Shown here: in pieces, positions 37,350-47,195 of the stretch | Layout: each line of letters opens with the position of its first letter | Numbering within the stretch: the first letter of the stretch is position 1 | From: a virus | Lineage: Duplodnaviria; Caudoviricetes | Direction: 5' to 3' (one strand) | Virus record (IMG/VR): IMGVR_UViG_3300010052_000153 | Coordinates: 18,928 to 82,927 of that record | Length of the DNA stretch: 64,000 nucleotides | Translations under genes and position numbers: made by a program | Notes under the pieces: generated by a model | The model's database searches: none | The model's input: only the letters and a program-made list of their open reading frames with translations | What the model was told of the DNA's origin: nothing

Positions 37350-40152
37350 CCATTGCCCTCAAGTCGTCTTCGGAAAGATGGCTCAGCCCGCCGCGCCAAT
37401 TGTCGTTGTCGGCAGACATGTCGTTGTCGTTATCTGCCACCTGCTTTTGATCTCCTGTGCGGTGGTCTAGAACATTCCAAAATCGGCCATTGGGCTCGAC
37501 CTCGATTTCCGATGTCACGAAAAGTTCCGTCTGGCGTTCAAGCCACTCAAGCGCGGACTTAGGGAAAGGGAGCTTTCCGCCGTGACGACGCCAATACCGG
37601 TCCGCGTTCGCCTTCGCTCGCCCCCGGTGCGCCGGGCAACACCACTCATTGATAGCGTTCGGGCCACACATGTAGGCAACCTTGACGCTGTCGGGCTTTC
37701 CTCCTTTCCCTTCGTGATACCGAAAGGCTCGTGACTTTACTTCGCGCCAACGTGCATCGCCCGTCGACAAGATCGGCGCGTCGCTTGCTTGGTCATTCAG
37801 CTTCGGCTCTGGTGCCGGGAATTGATGGCCGCATTTCCAGCAGACCTGCACCGATGCGTGCAGCTCCTCAATGCACGACGGACAGACCTTGATTGGCGCG
37901 TCGCCGTCGCCCTTCCCTGGCTTCTTCGGCTCGATCATATCTACCGGACCGTGCCGACGCAGGTTGCCGGCGAAGTCCATGTAACGACAATCGCGCTTCG
38001 GCCCGGCTGCTATGGCCGCACGGCGCCCCGCGGCGTCCGTAGCGTCGGGGTCAAACCCGAGCGGGTATATCACCCGCGTGCCACGGCCAACGCGCTGTAC
38101 GTACCGCGAGGCGGACGCTGTGGGCGCCTGGTCGACGATTAGGTCTATGCCCGGTACATTGGTGCCCGTGGACATGACATTGTCGTTTGTTAGTGACCAG
38201 ATTTCTCCAGCCTTCAGTGCGGCAATAAGGTTGCGTCGCAAGGTCGGGTCAGTGCCGCCATGGATCACTTCGCAGGACTTGCCGGCATCTAGGACAAGGT
38301 CACGCATGTGGGTCGCGTGCGCGACGCCAGCGCAAAAGAAAAGCGCACTGCGACGATGCCCTTCGACGTCTAAAACCTCCTGAAGAATGCGACGGTTTAG
38401 TTCATCCTTGTCGACGGCCGCCTGGAGTGCCGACTTCTTGAAGTCCCCTCCCAATTTTCCGACGCCGGACACGTCTTGGCGTACCGAGGTCGGGGTCGAG
38501 GTGATCGGCGACAAATAGCCATCATCGATGCCCGCCCGGATGCCGTAGGTGTAGACCACCTTGTCGAACAGCCGATCATCGCCTTCATCCAATCGCCCGC
38601 TGTCCAGGCGATACGGCGTTGCCGTAAACCCGCATATCTTCATGTCCGGGTTGATGGCGAGTAGCGCATCGATGAAAGTGCGATACATCGTGTTCTGCCT
38701 CGCCGGCACGAGGTGAACCTCGTCGATCAACAGCACGTCGACGTGACCGATTTCCGCAGCCTTGTTGTAGACGGTCTGGAGTTGGGCAAAGAGGATCTGC
38801 GCCGATGCGCGCCGTTGGTTTAGCGATGCCGCATAAATGCCGGCCGGGGCGAATGGATAGATACCGAGGAGCTCAAGGTAGTTGCCCTCGATTAGCTCGA
38901 CGACATGCGTCACGCAGGCGACTCGTATGTCGGGATAATCGCGAAGCATCTCTTTCGAGAGCGTGGCCATCGTCATCGACTTTCCAGTGTTGTGATGCAC
39001 CGTAAAGTCGCCGGTCAGATACAGATGGTCGCCGTCAAGCGCGAAGCCGTAGTAGTCTCCAACTCCGATCGGCTCGACAGTGAAGCTTGTCACAAGCGGG
39101 GACTTCTTCTGCAGTCGCGGCAGGGCCTGCTTGCGCTTTATCCTAGTAGGAATGGAATGAGTGTCACCAGAGATAGACACTCGCCAATACGATCCACCGC
39201 GTCCGTTCTGGTCGCGCTTTTGGCATACCTTCGCATAGGCCGCGAAACCTAGACTTCGCGAGATAAAAGCGACGTCTTCCGCAAGTTGCTTCGATTTGGA
39301 AATAAAGTCGAACGAGTTAGGTCCGGCTAGGCTCCCATCTGTGTCGATGATTCCGGCGAGCAATTCCAAGCGGTCATCACGACTTGAAGTCTTGTAGGCG
39401 TGTGGAACGCACTTTTCCTCACATCGCAGGCCATATACCCCAGCCGATTGCAGCTTGATCACCAATTTGTTGCGGCGAGTGTTCCTGGCATTGTCATCGG
39501 AAGCGTGCACAGAAACGGCGATGTTATCTGGCTTCTGTCTAACGCGGCACCGAAGACCAATTGCCTCGACATATTCTTGAAACTCATTGATGACTGCGTC
39601 GTCGGCATTCGTGATCGAAACGCCGTTTGTCATACTGCCGTCGCCGAGAAGAATTCCTATTATCCAGGCGGGGACAGGGAGCGGATTGTCGTTGGCTGGA
39701 AACTCAACCCCTGTCCGCCAGAGCTTGTGCAGGTGCTTCCAATTCGCAGACTTAACGAGATAATCCGATAGACGAACGTTCTTGACCTCGCCACCTGACG
39801 TTTTGCAGGCGGGATAGCGCACCGCTACGGCGCCTTGGTTTGTGGTTTTCAAGGACAGAATATGTCCTTCATTCACAACAAACGGATCCCCCTTCGTTGG
39901 GGTTACTCGATACATCATCTCACGACCACGCGCCAAGGAAAGCACGCGCCGAGGGCGGCTATCCGGCCCCATGACGTTATCGTTTGCAGCGACGAGTTCG
40001 ACAGGCTTGGTTGTGCCGTCGTGCATGAGAATTTGGGTGCCGGCTGCATGGCATCCAGTGGCCATGTCGATAAGCGGATGGCCGGGGGTCTCTGCCCAAT
40101 AGGCAAAGACGGAGTCCACGGCCTCCCGCTGGTAGTAGCGAAGTGGCATCAA
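37333..40152 (-). CDS. DEAD/DEAH superfamily 2 helicase containing an intein
   Basis: LRYYQREAV, ATG[intein]TGKS, IDEVH, TATPYR, QRVGRGTR, Zn finger CPSC...CWKC. Confidence 0.92.
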   Translation of the reverse strand: MMPLRYYQREAVDSVFAYWAETPGHPLIDMATGCHAAGTQILMHDGTTKPVELVAANDNVMGPDSRPRRVLSLARGREMMYRVTPTKGDPFVVNEGHILSLKTTNQGAVAVRYPACKTSGGEVKNVRLSDYLVKSANWKHLHKLWRTGVEFPANDNPLPVPAWIIGILLGDGSMTNGVSITNADDAVINEFQEYVEAIGLRCRVRQKPDNIAVSVHASDDNARNTRRNKLVIKLQSAGVYGLRCEEKCVPHAYKTSSRDDRLELLAGIIDTDGSLAGPNSFDFISKSKQLAEDVAFISRSLGFAAYAKVCQKRDQNGRGGSYWRVSISGDTHSIPTRIKRKQALPRLQKKSPLVTSFTVEPIGVGDYYGFALDGDHLYLTGDFTVHHNTGKSMTMATLSKEMLRDYPDIRVACVTHVVELIEGNYLELLGIYPFAPAGIYAASLNQRRASAQILFAQLQTVYNKAAEIGHVDVLLIDEVHLVPARQNTMYRTFIDALLAINPDMKICGFTATPYRLDSGRLDEGDDRLFDKVVYTYGIRAGIDDGYLSPITSTPTSVRQDVSGVGKLGGDFKKSALQAAVDKDELNRRILQEVLDVEGHRRSALFFCAGVAHATHMRDLVLDAGKSCEVIHGGTDPTLRRNLIAALKAGEIWSLTNDNVMSTGTNVPGIDLIVDQAPTASASRYVQRVGRGTRVIYPLGFDPDATDAAGRRAAIAAGPKRDCRYMDFAGNLRRHGPVDMIEPKKPGKGDGDAPIKVCPSCIEELHASVQVCWKCGHQFPAPEPKLNDQASDAPILSTGDARWREVKSRAFRYHEGKGGKPDSVKVAYMCGPNAINEWCCPAHRGRAKANADRYWRRHGGKLPFPKSALEWLERQTELFVTSEIEVEPNGRFWNVLDHRTGDQKQVADNDNDMSADNDNWRGGLSHLSEDDLRAMDDIPF
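38989..40053 (-). mobile_element. Intein (Hint + LAGLIDADG), 355 aa, inserted in Walker A
   Basis: Starts CHAAGT, ends TVHHN before Thr; GILLGDGS and LAGIIDTDG motifs. Confidence 0.92.
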
Positions 40153-40162
40153 AAACCTAGAA

Positions 40163-40657
40163 TCAGGCTGCGAATTTGGCGATCGAACTGCGCGCCCGCA
40201 CGGTCAACTGGCGCACCCGTTCCTTCGAAAGACCTTCGGTTTCTCCGATCTCGTGAAGCATTTCCCCTTGCGCAAGGCGCAGCAACATCTTGCCGCCGCG
40301 AGTTTCCGACAACACCGAGACAAGTTTGGCCAGATCAGCACTGTCATCTTGTGTTGGCGCGACTGACAACCCGCGGACTTGCGGGCTGTTGTCGTTTGCA
40401 ACGGTTAGTCCGCGCAAACGGTCCCTCCTCCGTCGATCTTTGGTCGCGTTCAACAGTCGGAACATGAGCCATCGATGGAAGCTGCCTTCGGGACGGAACT
40501 TCTGCCAGTTCGCGAGCGCATCAGCAAAAACATCCTGCAGAACTTCATCACGCTCATTCGGGTGGCAATAGCGAGCAATAAGCGCCCTGAGCATCGGCAG
40601 ATGCGCCATCAAACGCGCATCGAACTCGCGCGGACGATTGTCGTTTGCGGGGGTCAT
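40163..40657 (-). CDS. ECF/sigma70-like factor
   Basis: DEVLQDVF...FHRWL...GLSKERVRQL regions 2 and 4. Confidence 0.75.
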   Translation of the reverse strand: MTPANDNRPREFDARLMAHLPMLRALIARYCHPNERDEVLQDVFADALANWQKFRPEGSFHRWLMFRLLNATKDRRRRDRLRGLTVANDNSPQVRGLSVAPTQDDSADLAKLVSVLSETRGGKMLLRLAQGEMLHEIGETEGLSKERVRQLTVRARSSIAKFAA

Positions 40658-41610
40658 GCTGCGGCCTCCATTTCCCGCGCGTTGTCGTTTGCCGCGCCGT
40701 CGATCCAAGTTTTTCCGTTTCGCAGGCGATAAGTAACCGTTTCGGCTTCATCGTCGCTGTCGATCAATTCGCCGGGTACCAGCGCCGGGATATGCAGATG
40801 CGCGGGACACCCCGCCTTCTGTTCGTCCACGGACAAAGGCTTCGACCACCTGGCGCACGACCAATGGGCATCACCGCCCATCTCAGGCGTGCTGTGGAGG
40901 CACGACCGGCATGTCACACGTGGCCACGCACCATCGTGGCAAACCGACTTGTGGCGGCAGAACATGCAGCCAAAGAAGGCCGGGTCTTCACTGATGCGCG
41001 AGGGCGGCTCCGGGGAGTTGATGATGCGTTCGCATCGCGCCAACTGCCGCATGCAATAGTCGGCATCGTAGTGGATGCGCTCGACGTAAATGGTGTCGGT
41101 GTTCTTGCACGACGCCATGTACAGCGCGCGCGTCAACCCGAACGCATGGCAGCCAATCTGACATTGCCCGTAATGCAACGGCTTCGCCTTCTTGCATCCT
41201 TCCTTTTCCAGTTTCTTGATGCCGTCTTCGTTCGAAGATTTGAACTCGCAGAGGTGCTCGGTCTTCGGCGCTTCGGGAATGCCGATCGCCGTGCCGTCGC
41301 GTTTGCCGCGAACATGTCCGCCCACCAGGCGAATACGATCCTGCTCGCCCCAAACTTCGACACCGATACGCTGCAGGTCGGCAATCAGCCGACCTTCTTC
41401 CAAGTTGCCGGTTTCAAACAGCCGCAGCTTGCGTCCGTTTAGGACTTCGGGCTTGCTGACCCAATGCAGGCCGAACCAAAGCGCGCGATCGCATTCTTGG
41501 CCGATGTCGCCAACACTTATGCCTAAGCTATCGTAGTGGCGGTTAGCGGCTTCGTAGGCGGCGTAAATTGCGCGGACGGTTGACGACTGCGGCTTCGGTA
41601 TCGGCGCCAC
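40654..41610 (-). CDS. PD-(D/E)xK Cas4-like exonuclease
   Basis: CDRALW, GKRDG, EFKS, HYGQCQ, CMFCRH...C. Confidence 0.8.
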   Translation of the reverse strand: MAPIPKPQSSTVRAIYAAYEAANRHYDSLGISVGDIGQECDRALWFGLHWVSKPEVLNGRKLRLFETGNLEEGRLIADLQRIGVEVWGEQDRIRLVGGHVRGKRDGTAIGIPEAPKTEHLCEFKSSNEDGIKKLEKEGCKKAKPLHYGQCQIGCHAFGLTRALYMASCKNTDTIYVERIHYDADYCMRQLARCERIINSPEPPSRISEDPAFFGCMFCRHKSVCHDGAWPRVTCRSCLHSTPEMGGDAHWSCARWSKPLSVDEQKAGCPAHLHIPALVPGELIDSDDEAETVTYRLRNGKTWIDGAANDNAREMEAAA

Positions 41611-41674
41611 TAAGCAGCCACCGCTATTTTACGGATTGGATCGAGAACATCGCGCCATAGGGGTGGTGCGTTCT

Positions 41675-41851
41675 TCATGAAGCCTTCCTTGAGCGGAGCC
41701 ATTGTTCGCTGGTCATTGGCTTACCTGCGACACGAAGGCAGTCTTCAGCCACACGGTAGAGATCCTCTGCGGGCTCCTTGCCGCGGAGAGCCAACGCACC
41801 CTCAAACAGCCATTGCGCGGCCACTTCGAGTTGGATTGATGGTGCGGTCAT
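41675..41851 (-). CDS. Hypothetical protein
   Basis: ATGA-coupled start MTAPSIQ. Confidence 0.35.
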   Translation of the reverse strand: MTAPSIQLEVAAQWLFEGALALRGKEPAEDLYRVAEDCLRVAGKPMTSEQWLRSRKAS

Positions 41852-42039
41852 GGTGCGACGGCCTCTCTGTAGGCATCTTCGCACTCGGACTTCGACATCC
41901 ACTTGGGCATAAAGGCTCTCTCTAGGGTGGTTATCGCGTCGTCGTATGCTCCGCGCCGAATATCATTGATCGCGTCGACCGCTGCTTCGCGCGCGGCCCA
42001 CTCATCATCGTCGTCCAAGTCGTCCCTCAACACCATCAC
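41848..42039 (-). CDS. Hypothetical protein
   Basis: 63 aa coupled ORF. Confidence 0.4.
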   Translation of the reverse strand: MMVLRDDLDDDDEWAAREAAVDAINDIRRGAYDDAITTLERAFMPKWMSKSECEDAYREAVAP

Positions 42040-43082
42040 ACCCTCATCGGCATGCCGACGACCCGCAAATTGGCGTTGGACGGACTGCTAAACAGGAGGG
42101 GGCTCCCGCTATCAAAGATGGCAATCTGGATAATCCCGTCTGGCAGGGCAGCCAGGATGTCGGACAGATATTGCGCATTGATGCCGACCTCGACCGGATC
42201 ACCATCGTAGTTGCACTCGACAACGTCGGTTGCCTCACCGGACCCGCGCGCCAAAAGCGATATCTGGCCGCCAGCTACTGACAAGCGCACCCCGCGACCG
42301 CGATCTGACGAAACCACGATGACGCGCGCCGCAGCCGCGCGAAGCTCGGCCGCATCCACCTGAATTAGCTTGTCATTGCTCTTAGGAATGACGCGCTCAT
42401 AATCGGGAAACGTGCCATCGATCAGCTTCGATGTGATGACGACGTTCGGCGCGGTGAAGCGCACCTTTGAATCCGATAGCTCCACCTTAAGCGTACCTTC
42501 CGGCAAAAGACCCACGGTCTTGCGCGGTATGATTGCTGGCACGAAACGACCCACGCCTTCAGTCGTCTGCGTCGACAGGCGGTGGCCGTCCGTTGCGCAC
42601 GCAACAAGCAGTCCATCCTGCTCGTGTAGGTAGACCCCGTTGAGATAGAATCGCGTCTGCTCTGTGGACATGGCGAACGACACAGGCGCCAGAAACGATG
42701 ATAGGTCAGCTTCGAATTCGATCTCGAACGCCCCTGCATTCATGTCAGGGAAGTCGGAGGTGGGCAGAACTTCCAGCTTGTACTTCGAACGCCCGGATCG
42801 AAGTGTGGCGCCGTGTCCGTCCTCCTCAAGAAGAAGGTCGTCGCCCGTGACCCGGCTTACAATGCTGGCCAAAAGTTTGGCATCGATGCACGCAGCGAAG
42901 TCTCCATCTTCGGCCGAAATGCTGCCTGATACTTCGATGTCCAAATCAGTAGCAGACACAGTCAGTGTACCCGCCTCTGCGACGAGCCGAACCGTCGACA
43001 GAATAGGAATGGTGTTGCGGCCTTCGACAACTTTGACGGTGTCGGTCAACAGGCGTGCGAAATTTTGGCGCGAAACGCGCAT
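42036..43082 (-). CDS. dnaN: DNA polymerase III beta sliding clamp (phage copy)
   Basis: TIPILSTV...ATDLD...TRFYLNGV...ATDGHRL...LIDGTFPDY...MPMRV. Confidence 0.93.
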   Translation of the reverse strand: MRVSRQNFARLLTDTVKVVEGRNTIPILSTVRLVAEAGTLTVSATDLDIEVSGSISAEDGDFAACIDAKLLASIVSRVTGDDLLLEEDGHGATLRSGRSKYKLEVLPTSDFPDMNAGAFEIEFEADLSSFLAPVSFAMSTEQTRFYLNGVYLHEQDGLLVACATDGHRLSTQTTEGVGRFVPAIIPRKTVGLLPEGTLKVELSDSKVRFTAPNVVITSKLIDGTFPDYERVIPKSNDKLIQVDAAELRAAAARVIVVSSDRGRGVRLSVAGGQISLLARGSGEATDVVECNYDGDPVEVGINAQYLSDILAALPDGIIQIAIFDSGSPLLFSSPSNANLRVVGMPMRV

Positions 43083-43143
43083 GGGGAAGTCTCCGAAGGG
43101 GGGTGGTGGGCGGCGCGTACGCCGCCCCATGACAGCAAGAACT

Positions 43144-43383
43144 CTAAGCGATGAGTTCGCCGACCTTGCCGCGCACGCGACTAGCGCGTGCCTTGATTGC
43201 CTCAAGGTCTTCCGCCCGCGCATTTGCGTTCACGGCAGCCTGACGCTCGCGTGCAGCCTCGGCAGCCTTGTCCGCTTCGAACTTCTCAAGCGCGGCGTCG
43301 ATCTTCGTGAGTGCACGAAGGATGCCGTCCAGCGATTGGCCACCAAAGCCGAATGCCGCAAGCAACTTGATGAAGATGTTCAT
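43144..43383 (-). CDS. Coiled-coil hypothetical protein
   Basis: MNIFIKLL start after RBS. Confidence 0.5.
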   Translation of the reverse strand: MNIFIKLLAAFGFGGQSLDGILRALTKIDAALEKFEADKAAEAARERQAAVNANARAEDLEAIKARASRVRGKVGELIA

Positions 43384-43394
43384 ATCCCGTTCCC

Positions 43395-44009
43395 CTATTT
43401 CTTTGCGCCCCACGGGAGGCGGCGACCGGTGGCCGCCGACGTCCCCGATGCGGTCTGCGTCTGCGACGCCTGGCGATTGTCGTTGGCCGACTGACGTCCG
43501 TTGTCGTTCGCGGGTGCAGCCGGTCGATTCGGCTGAACAGCGTCTAGGGCGGGTTCAGGCACGTTGCCTTCGTCGGGGAAGAAGTATCGCTTCACCTCCA
43601 TCCGAGCCGGGTACTTCGGAGTGCCGTCAGCGTTCTTTTCTTTAGACGGTTTACCGAGCCCCAAACGGACAGTGTAACTGATGAAGTGGAGCTGCTCAGA
43701 GTCTTCAATTTCCTCGATCTGGCAGGCCCGACGAAGGCAGGCAAACTCACGCTGCCCGATCTCCGCCGCCTGGCTGTTTTTGTGTTCGAGGTTGATGAAC
43801 CCGAAATACTTCCGCCCTTTGATCTCCTCCGGCGCCAGCACGTTGGCCGTGTACTTTAGGCCGTTGCCGACACGCGCATTCTCGGGACCGGTTTCGATGA
43901 TCTCTGTTGTCTCAATTTCGAACTGCACGATACCCGCCGGCAGATCCTCGAAATCGCGCTGCGTGGTATCGACGTCACCCGCGGTATATGTTTTGCCAAA
44001 ACTGGCCAT
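43395..44009 (-). CDS. DUF669 (SSB-like) protein
   Basis: FEDLPAGI...AEIGQREFACL...low-complexity tail ending LPWGAKK; downstream of Sak4-like ATPase. Confidence 0.7.
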   Translation of the reverse strand: MASFGKTYTAGDVDTTQRDFEDLPAGIVQFEIETTEIIETGPENARVGNGLKYTANVLAPEEIKGRKYFGFINLEHKNSQAAEIGQREFACLRRACQIEEIEDSEQLHFISYTVRLGLGKPSKEKNADGTPKYPARMEVKRYFFPDEGNVPEPALDAVQPNRPAAPANDNGRQSANDNRQASQTQTASGTSAATGRRLPWGAKK

Positions 44010-44217
44010 TCTCAAACGTCTCCAGGTGCGGAGGGTATAAGGCCGATAGTGCTGTGACGAGTTCGGCCAGGTTTTGCAGGGGCACGGCGACTAGGTCGCT
44101 GTCCTGCTCGATGCTCACGGAGTCACCCCCGTATCCGAGCTTCACCCTGATATCGCTCCAGCGATAGTCAGGGCCACACCGCACCACAGTGGGCGCGGCG
44201 TCCGTGTGCGGGGTCAC
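43975..44217 (-). CDS. Hypothetical protein
   Basis: 80 aa coupled ORF. Confidence 0.4.
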   Translation of the reverse strand: MTPHTDAAPTVVRCGPDYRWSDIRVKLGYGGDSVSIEQDSDLVAVPLQNLAELVTALSALYPPHLETFENGQFWQNIYRG

Positions 44218-45005
44218 GCGGCCGCCTTTTTCTCGCCGCCATTGTCGTTCGCCGGCAACCAGAATTTGCTTACGTCTGCGTAGCCGTTGCCCTTCACATA
44301 CTTGATCGTGTCGGGCATGCTGTAGCGGTTCTTAGCAACATATCCTGCGCCTTCGGCGAGATGAATCTGCCGTTCCTTGCCGCCTTCAGCATGGGCCACG
44401 GTCTTTTTTGGACCAACCTCTTTCTCCTTCAGGGAGACGCGATAGTTCATGAACGCGACGATATCGGCCTGTTCCCGCACCAGTGCATTGCCGCGCTTGT
44501 GCAGCTTCGGCGTATAGCGGCTGTAGGGGTCTGTCGTCGGGCTGTCGAACCGGATGATTTCCGGGTGGGCAAGCATCACGACATGCATGCCTGAGGCCGC
44601 CAATGCAGAAACGCCGCTAAGGAAGTCGCGCCACTCGTTGTCGGCTTCAACATAGCCCTTGCCGAAGCCAGGCTCCTCGATGCTACTAACGCCAAGACGT
44701 GCTGCGGTTGCAGCCCAAATGAGTGGCTCCAACCCGTCCAGGCTGTCGATGATGACCGTCTTGAGGTCGTGCCCGCCTTCAAGCAATTCGCCGATGACAT
44801 TGATGATGTCGTTGAAAGACTCGATCGTGCCCGGCGTCGGGATATCTACGCCCTTCGGCGCGCGTTCACCCTCTGTCGGCAGGTAGATCGGCGACGGAAA
44901 CTCTGCCGCGAAACTGGTCTTTCCGATGCCATCGACGCCGTAGACCAGCATGATGGGCGGGTTGATCGACGTGCTCGATTTCAAGCTCTTGATGGAAATT
45001 GCCAC
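44214..45005 (-). CDS. AAA_24 / Sak4-like ATPase
   Basis: YGVDGIGKT, VIIDSLD, LAH, AKNRY. Confidence 0.85.
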   Translation of the reverse strand: MAISIKSLKSSTSINPPIMLVYGVDGIGKTSFAAEFPSPIYLPTEGERAPKGVDIPTPGTIESFNDIINVIGELLEGGHDLKTVIIDSLDGLEPLIWAATAARLGVSSIEEPGFGKGYVEADNEWRDFLSGVSALAASGMHVVMLAHPEIIRFDSPTTDPYSRYTPKLHKRGNALVREQADIVAFMNYRVSLKEKEVGPKKTVAHAEGGKERQIHLAEGAGYVAKNRYSMPDTIKYVKGNGYADVSKFWLPANDNGGEKKAAA

Positions 45006-45012
45006 TCTGGCT

Positions 45013-45102
45013 TTACCCCAAGTATTTGAGTGCGACGATGAACGTGACGAAACCGATCGACGCCCAAAAGGCCAGTCGCGAAGGGTCGTTGAAGATCATC
45101 AT
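45013..45102 (-). CDS. 29-aa membrane peptide (not in ORF track)
   Basis: MMIFNDPSRLAFWASIGFVTFIVALKYLG; ATGA overlap with the upstream gene. Confidence 0.45.
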   Translation of the reverse strand: MMIFNDPSRLAFWASIGFVTFIVALKYLG

Positions 45103-45275
45103 TGGTTGGCCATCAACGCTGTGATGGCCCCGGCCGCGAACGACAAACTCATCCACGGGCTCCAGTAGATGGCGAAGCTAGCGATTAGCCATGCGCCACC
45201 GAAAATCACCGCGTACTTCAGCGGATGCGGTCGCTTGAACGGCTTATCCTCCTCGTCGGTGAGAAAATCCTCCAT
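45099..45275 (-). CDS. Small two-TM membrane protein
   Basis: YAVIFGGAWLIASFAIYW...LSFAAGAITAL. Confidence 0.5.
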   Translation of the reverse strand: MEDFLTDEEDKPFKRPHPLKYAVIFGGAWLIASFAIYWSPWMSLSFAAGAITALMANQ

Positions 45276-45276
45276 T

Positions 45277-45660
45277 CTAGGCAGCCTTGAGAAGGCCGAA
45301 GGCGCGCGCACGGGCTGCCCGTTTACGGTCTCCGCGTGTCATGCCTTGGGCATCCTTCGCGGGTGTCTTTGCGGCCACGGTGAAGCCGCGTCCTCCTGTC
45401 ATCGACGACATGACGTCCCGCCGACGAAGCGAATGAGCTTCGCTGAGTGCTGGCATGCCTAGACGGGTATCGTCCGCGTGCTCAGCGGCCAGGACCTTCG
45501 CGAAGATCGACTCGCCAAATGTGCGTGTAGAGATCGCTGGGCGAACCGTCTGACGCCGACCCACTGCGGGGGCCGAACTGCCCTTCGCTTGCGGATACCC
45601 CTTTGCCCCTTCTTTGGTCGCGCGTCGCGCTTCAGCGCGACGAACCTGTCTGCTGGTCAT
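45277..45660 (-). CDS. Basic hypothetical protein
   Basis: GGAGG RBS; 127 aa. Confidence 0.5.
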   Translation of the reverse strand: MTSRQVRRAEARRATKEGAKGYPQAKGSSAPAVGRRQTVRPAISTRTFGESIFAKVLAAEHADDTRLGMPALSEAHSLRRRDVMSSMTGGRGFTVAAKTPAKDAQGMTRGDRKRAARARAFGLLKAA

Positions 45661-45726
45661 GAAACCTCCGACCGTTGCGACATCGCAACGGGCTAGCGTG
45701 TTAGTGGGTGGATGGGACGCGAAGAT

Positions 45727-46458
45727 TTAGTTGCGGAGGAGCCAGTCTTCGACAGCGTCCTTCGCCGACTTCAGGCAGATGTCGGCGGCCTGCCGCAGAA
45801 GCTTGATGGCTTCGATCCGCTGGCCCTCCTTCGCCTTGCGCTGCCATTCATGTTTGTAGGCCGGCGGCGTCTGCGTGTGGGTCGCAATCAATTCGTAGAC
45901 GCCGAACTGCTTCCCGACATGCAACTTGGACAGGCGTTCGGCTTCCGTCTTGGCGCCGGCCGTCGTTCGATGGACATGGGGTGAAGCAGAAGGCTTCGGC
46001 TGTCCGTCTTCGATCAATGCGACAATCGCTACCGGCTTGGGAGCAACCAGCTTGATGTGCTCGCTGTCCACGGTACCTTCGTTACCGAGGTTGCCTGCAC
46101 GTACCGTGTATTCACGTCCAAAGGCGCCGCCGATGCCAATAATGCTGCCCGTCTTTACAGTGGTGTGCGGCCCGAACCACCATACCTTGGGGCAGGCGTC
46201 CGTGAATTCGACGGTGTCCCCGATCCTGAAAGTAGCCGATGGCGCGGGACGCGGGACGTCGAAAAGTCTTTCCAAGAAGCTCCCATCGCAACTTGATGGA
46301 TTCTTTTTCCCCTTCAGAAATACCCAATGGTAATGTCGAGACGAGTCAATGCCCGTGACGTGGTAGCGGTCACCCTTGAGCAGGCCGTTGATCGTATAGC
46401 GCGCGACGACCACGTCGCCGACCTTGAATTTGCGATCCGTAAATGGGCGCATGTCCAT
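45727..46458 (-). CDS. Hypothetical protein with C-terminal L7/L12-CTD-like motif
   Basis: RIEAIKLLRQAADICLKSAKDAVE. Confidence 0.5.
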   Translation of the reverse strand: MDMRPFTDRKFKVGDVVVARYTINGLLKGDRYHVTGIDSSRHYHWVFLKGKKNPSSCDGSFLERLFDVPRPAPSATFRIGDTVEFTDACPKVWWFGPHTTVKTGSIIGIGGAFGREYTVRAGNLGNEGTVDSEHIKLVAPKPVAIVALIEDGQPKPSASPHVHRTTAGAKTEAERLSKLHVGKQFGVYELIATHTQTPPAYKHEWQRKAKEGQRIEAIKLLRQAADICLKSAKDAVEDWLLRN

Positions 46459-46518
46459 CGTAAATTCCTCCGTGGCGCCACAGCGGGCGCGGTCATTTCT
46501 GCTTTTGGGCGGGGTGCT

Positions 46519-46908
46519 TCAGGTGGGGAATGTGTTCATCAGGACGGTCGCCTGGCGACGCGCCTTCATTTCGAACACCGCGAATTCCTGGTCCGGAAAC
46601 AGCCTGGCCAGCCGCTCCGCTTCCGTTGTCGCCCGGTCGACATCAGGGTGCACCTTCGGAGCCGCGTTTGGCTTCGGCACGCCGTTCTTGATCAGGCATA
46701 CTATCGCGGGGCCACTTGGCGGCTCTGCGCGCTGCACCAGCTCGAATTCGCAGGCATTCGCCTTGCGACCCGCAATGATCTCGATGGTGCCACGACCCGT
46801 AGCCAAGACGCGGTAAATCTGACCCTTCACGCCAAAGAACTCGGGCGTCCAACTGTCAGTCGTCCGCCGCACTAGGTCGCCGGTCTGAAAGCTGCACCCG
46901 TTCTTCAT
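46519..46908 (-). CDS. Hypothetical protein sharing a domain with the 45727 gene
   Basis: AIVCLIKNGVPKP...ATTEAERLA vs AIVALIEDGQPKP...AKTEAERLS. Confidence 0.55.
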   Translation of the reverse strand: MKNGCSFQTGDLVRRTTDSWTPEFFGVKGQIYRVLATGRGTIEIIAGRKANACEFELVQRAEPPSGPAIVCLIKNGVPKPNAAPKVHPDVDRATTEAERLARLFPDQEFAVFEMKARRQATVLMNTFPT

Positions 46909-47195
46909 GCCGACCCCGCAGTTTTCATCTTGCGGAGGCCGCCGGAGGCCGCCTTGAAATCAATGACTTGGGCGCCAGCAATGGGCAATGGCTCCCTGGC
47001 GCCGTCATCAGGCACCTCATCGGAATCATCCATCTGCGTCAACACGGCGCGATGAAGCGGAATGATGCGGTGATCAGGACAAAGCTGCACCTGGTAGACG
47101 ATGCCATGCAGGTCGCTACCGACCACGATGCCGAAAACGTCGCTATTGAGTTTGGACTGAACCCAATCGCCGTAGGAAAACGAGTCGTCGCTCAT
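46905..47195 (-). CDS. Hypothetical protein
   Basis: GGAGG RBS, MSDDSF, ATGA overlap. Confidence 0.5.
   Translation of the reverse strand: MSDDSFSYGDWVQSKLNSDVFGIVVGSDLHGIVYQVQLCPDHRIIPLHRAVLTQMDDSDEVPDDGAREPLPIAGAQVIDFKAASGGLRKMKTAGSA

Noticed and set aside
40654-41610. Cas4 as part of a CRISPR-Cas locus
   Set aside because: It sits in the usual Sak4-SSB-exonuclease recombination module with no cas1/cas2. A role in acquiring array units cannot be excluded but has no support here.
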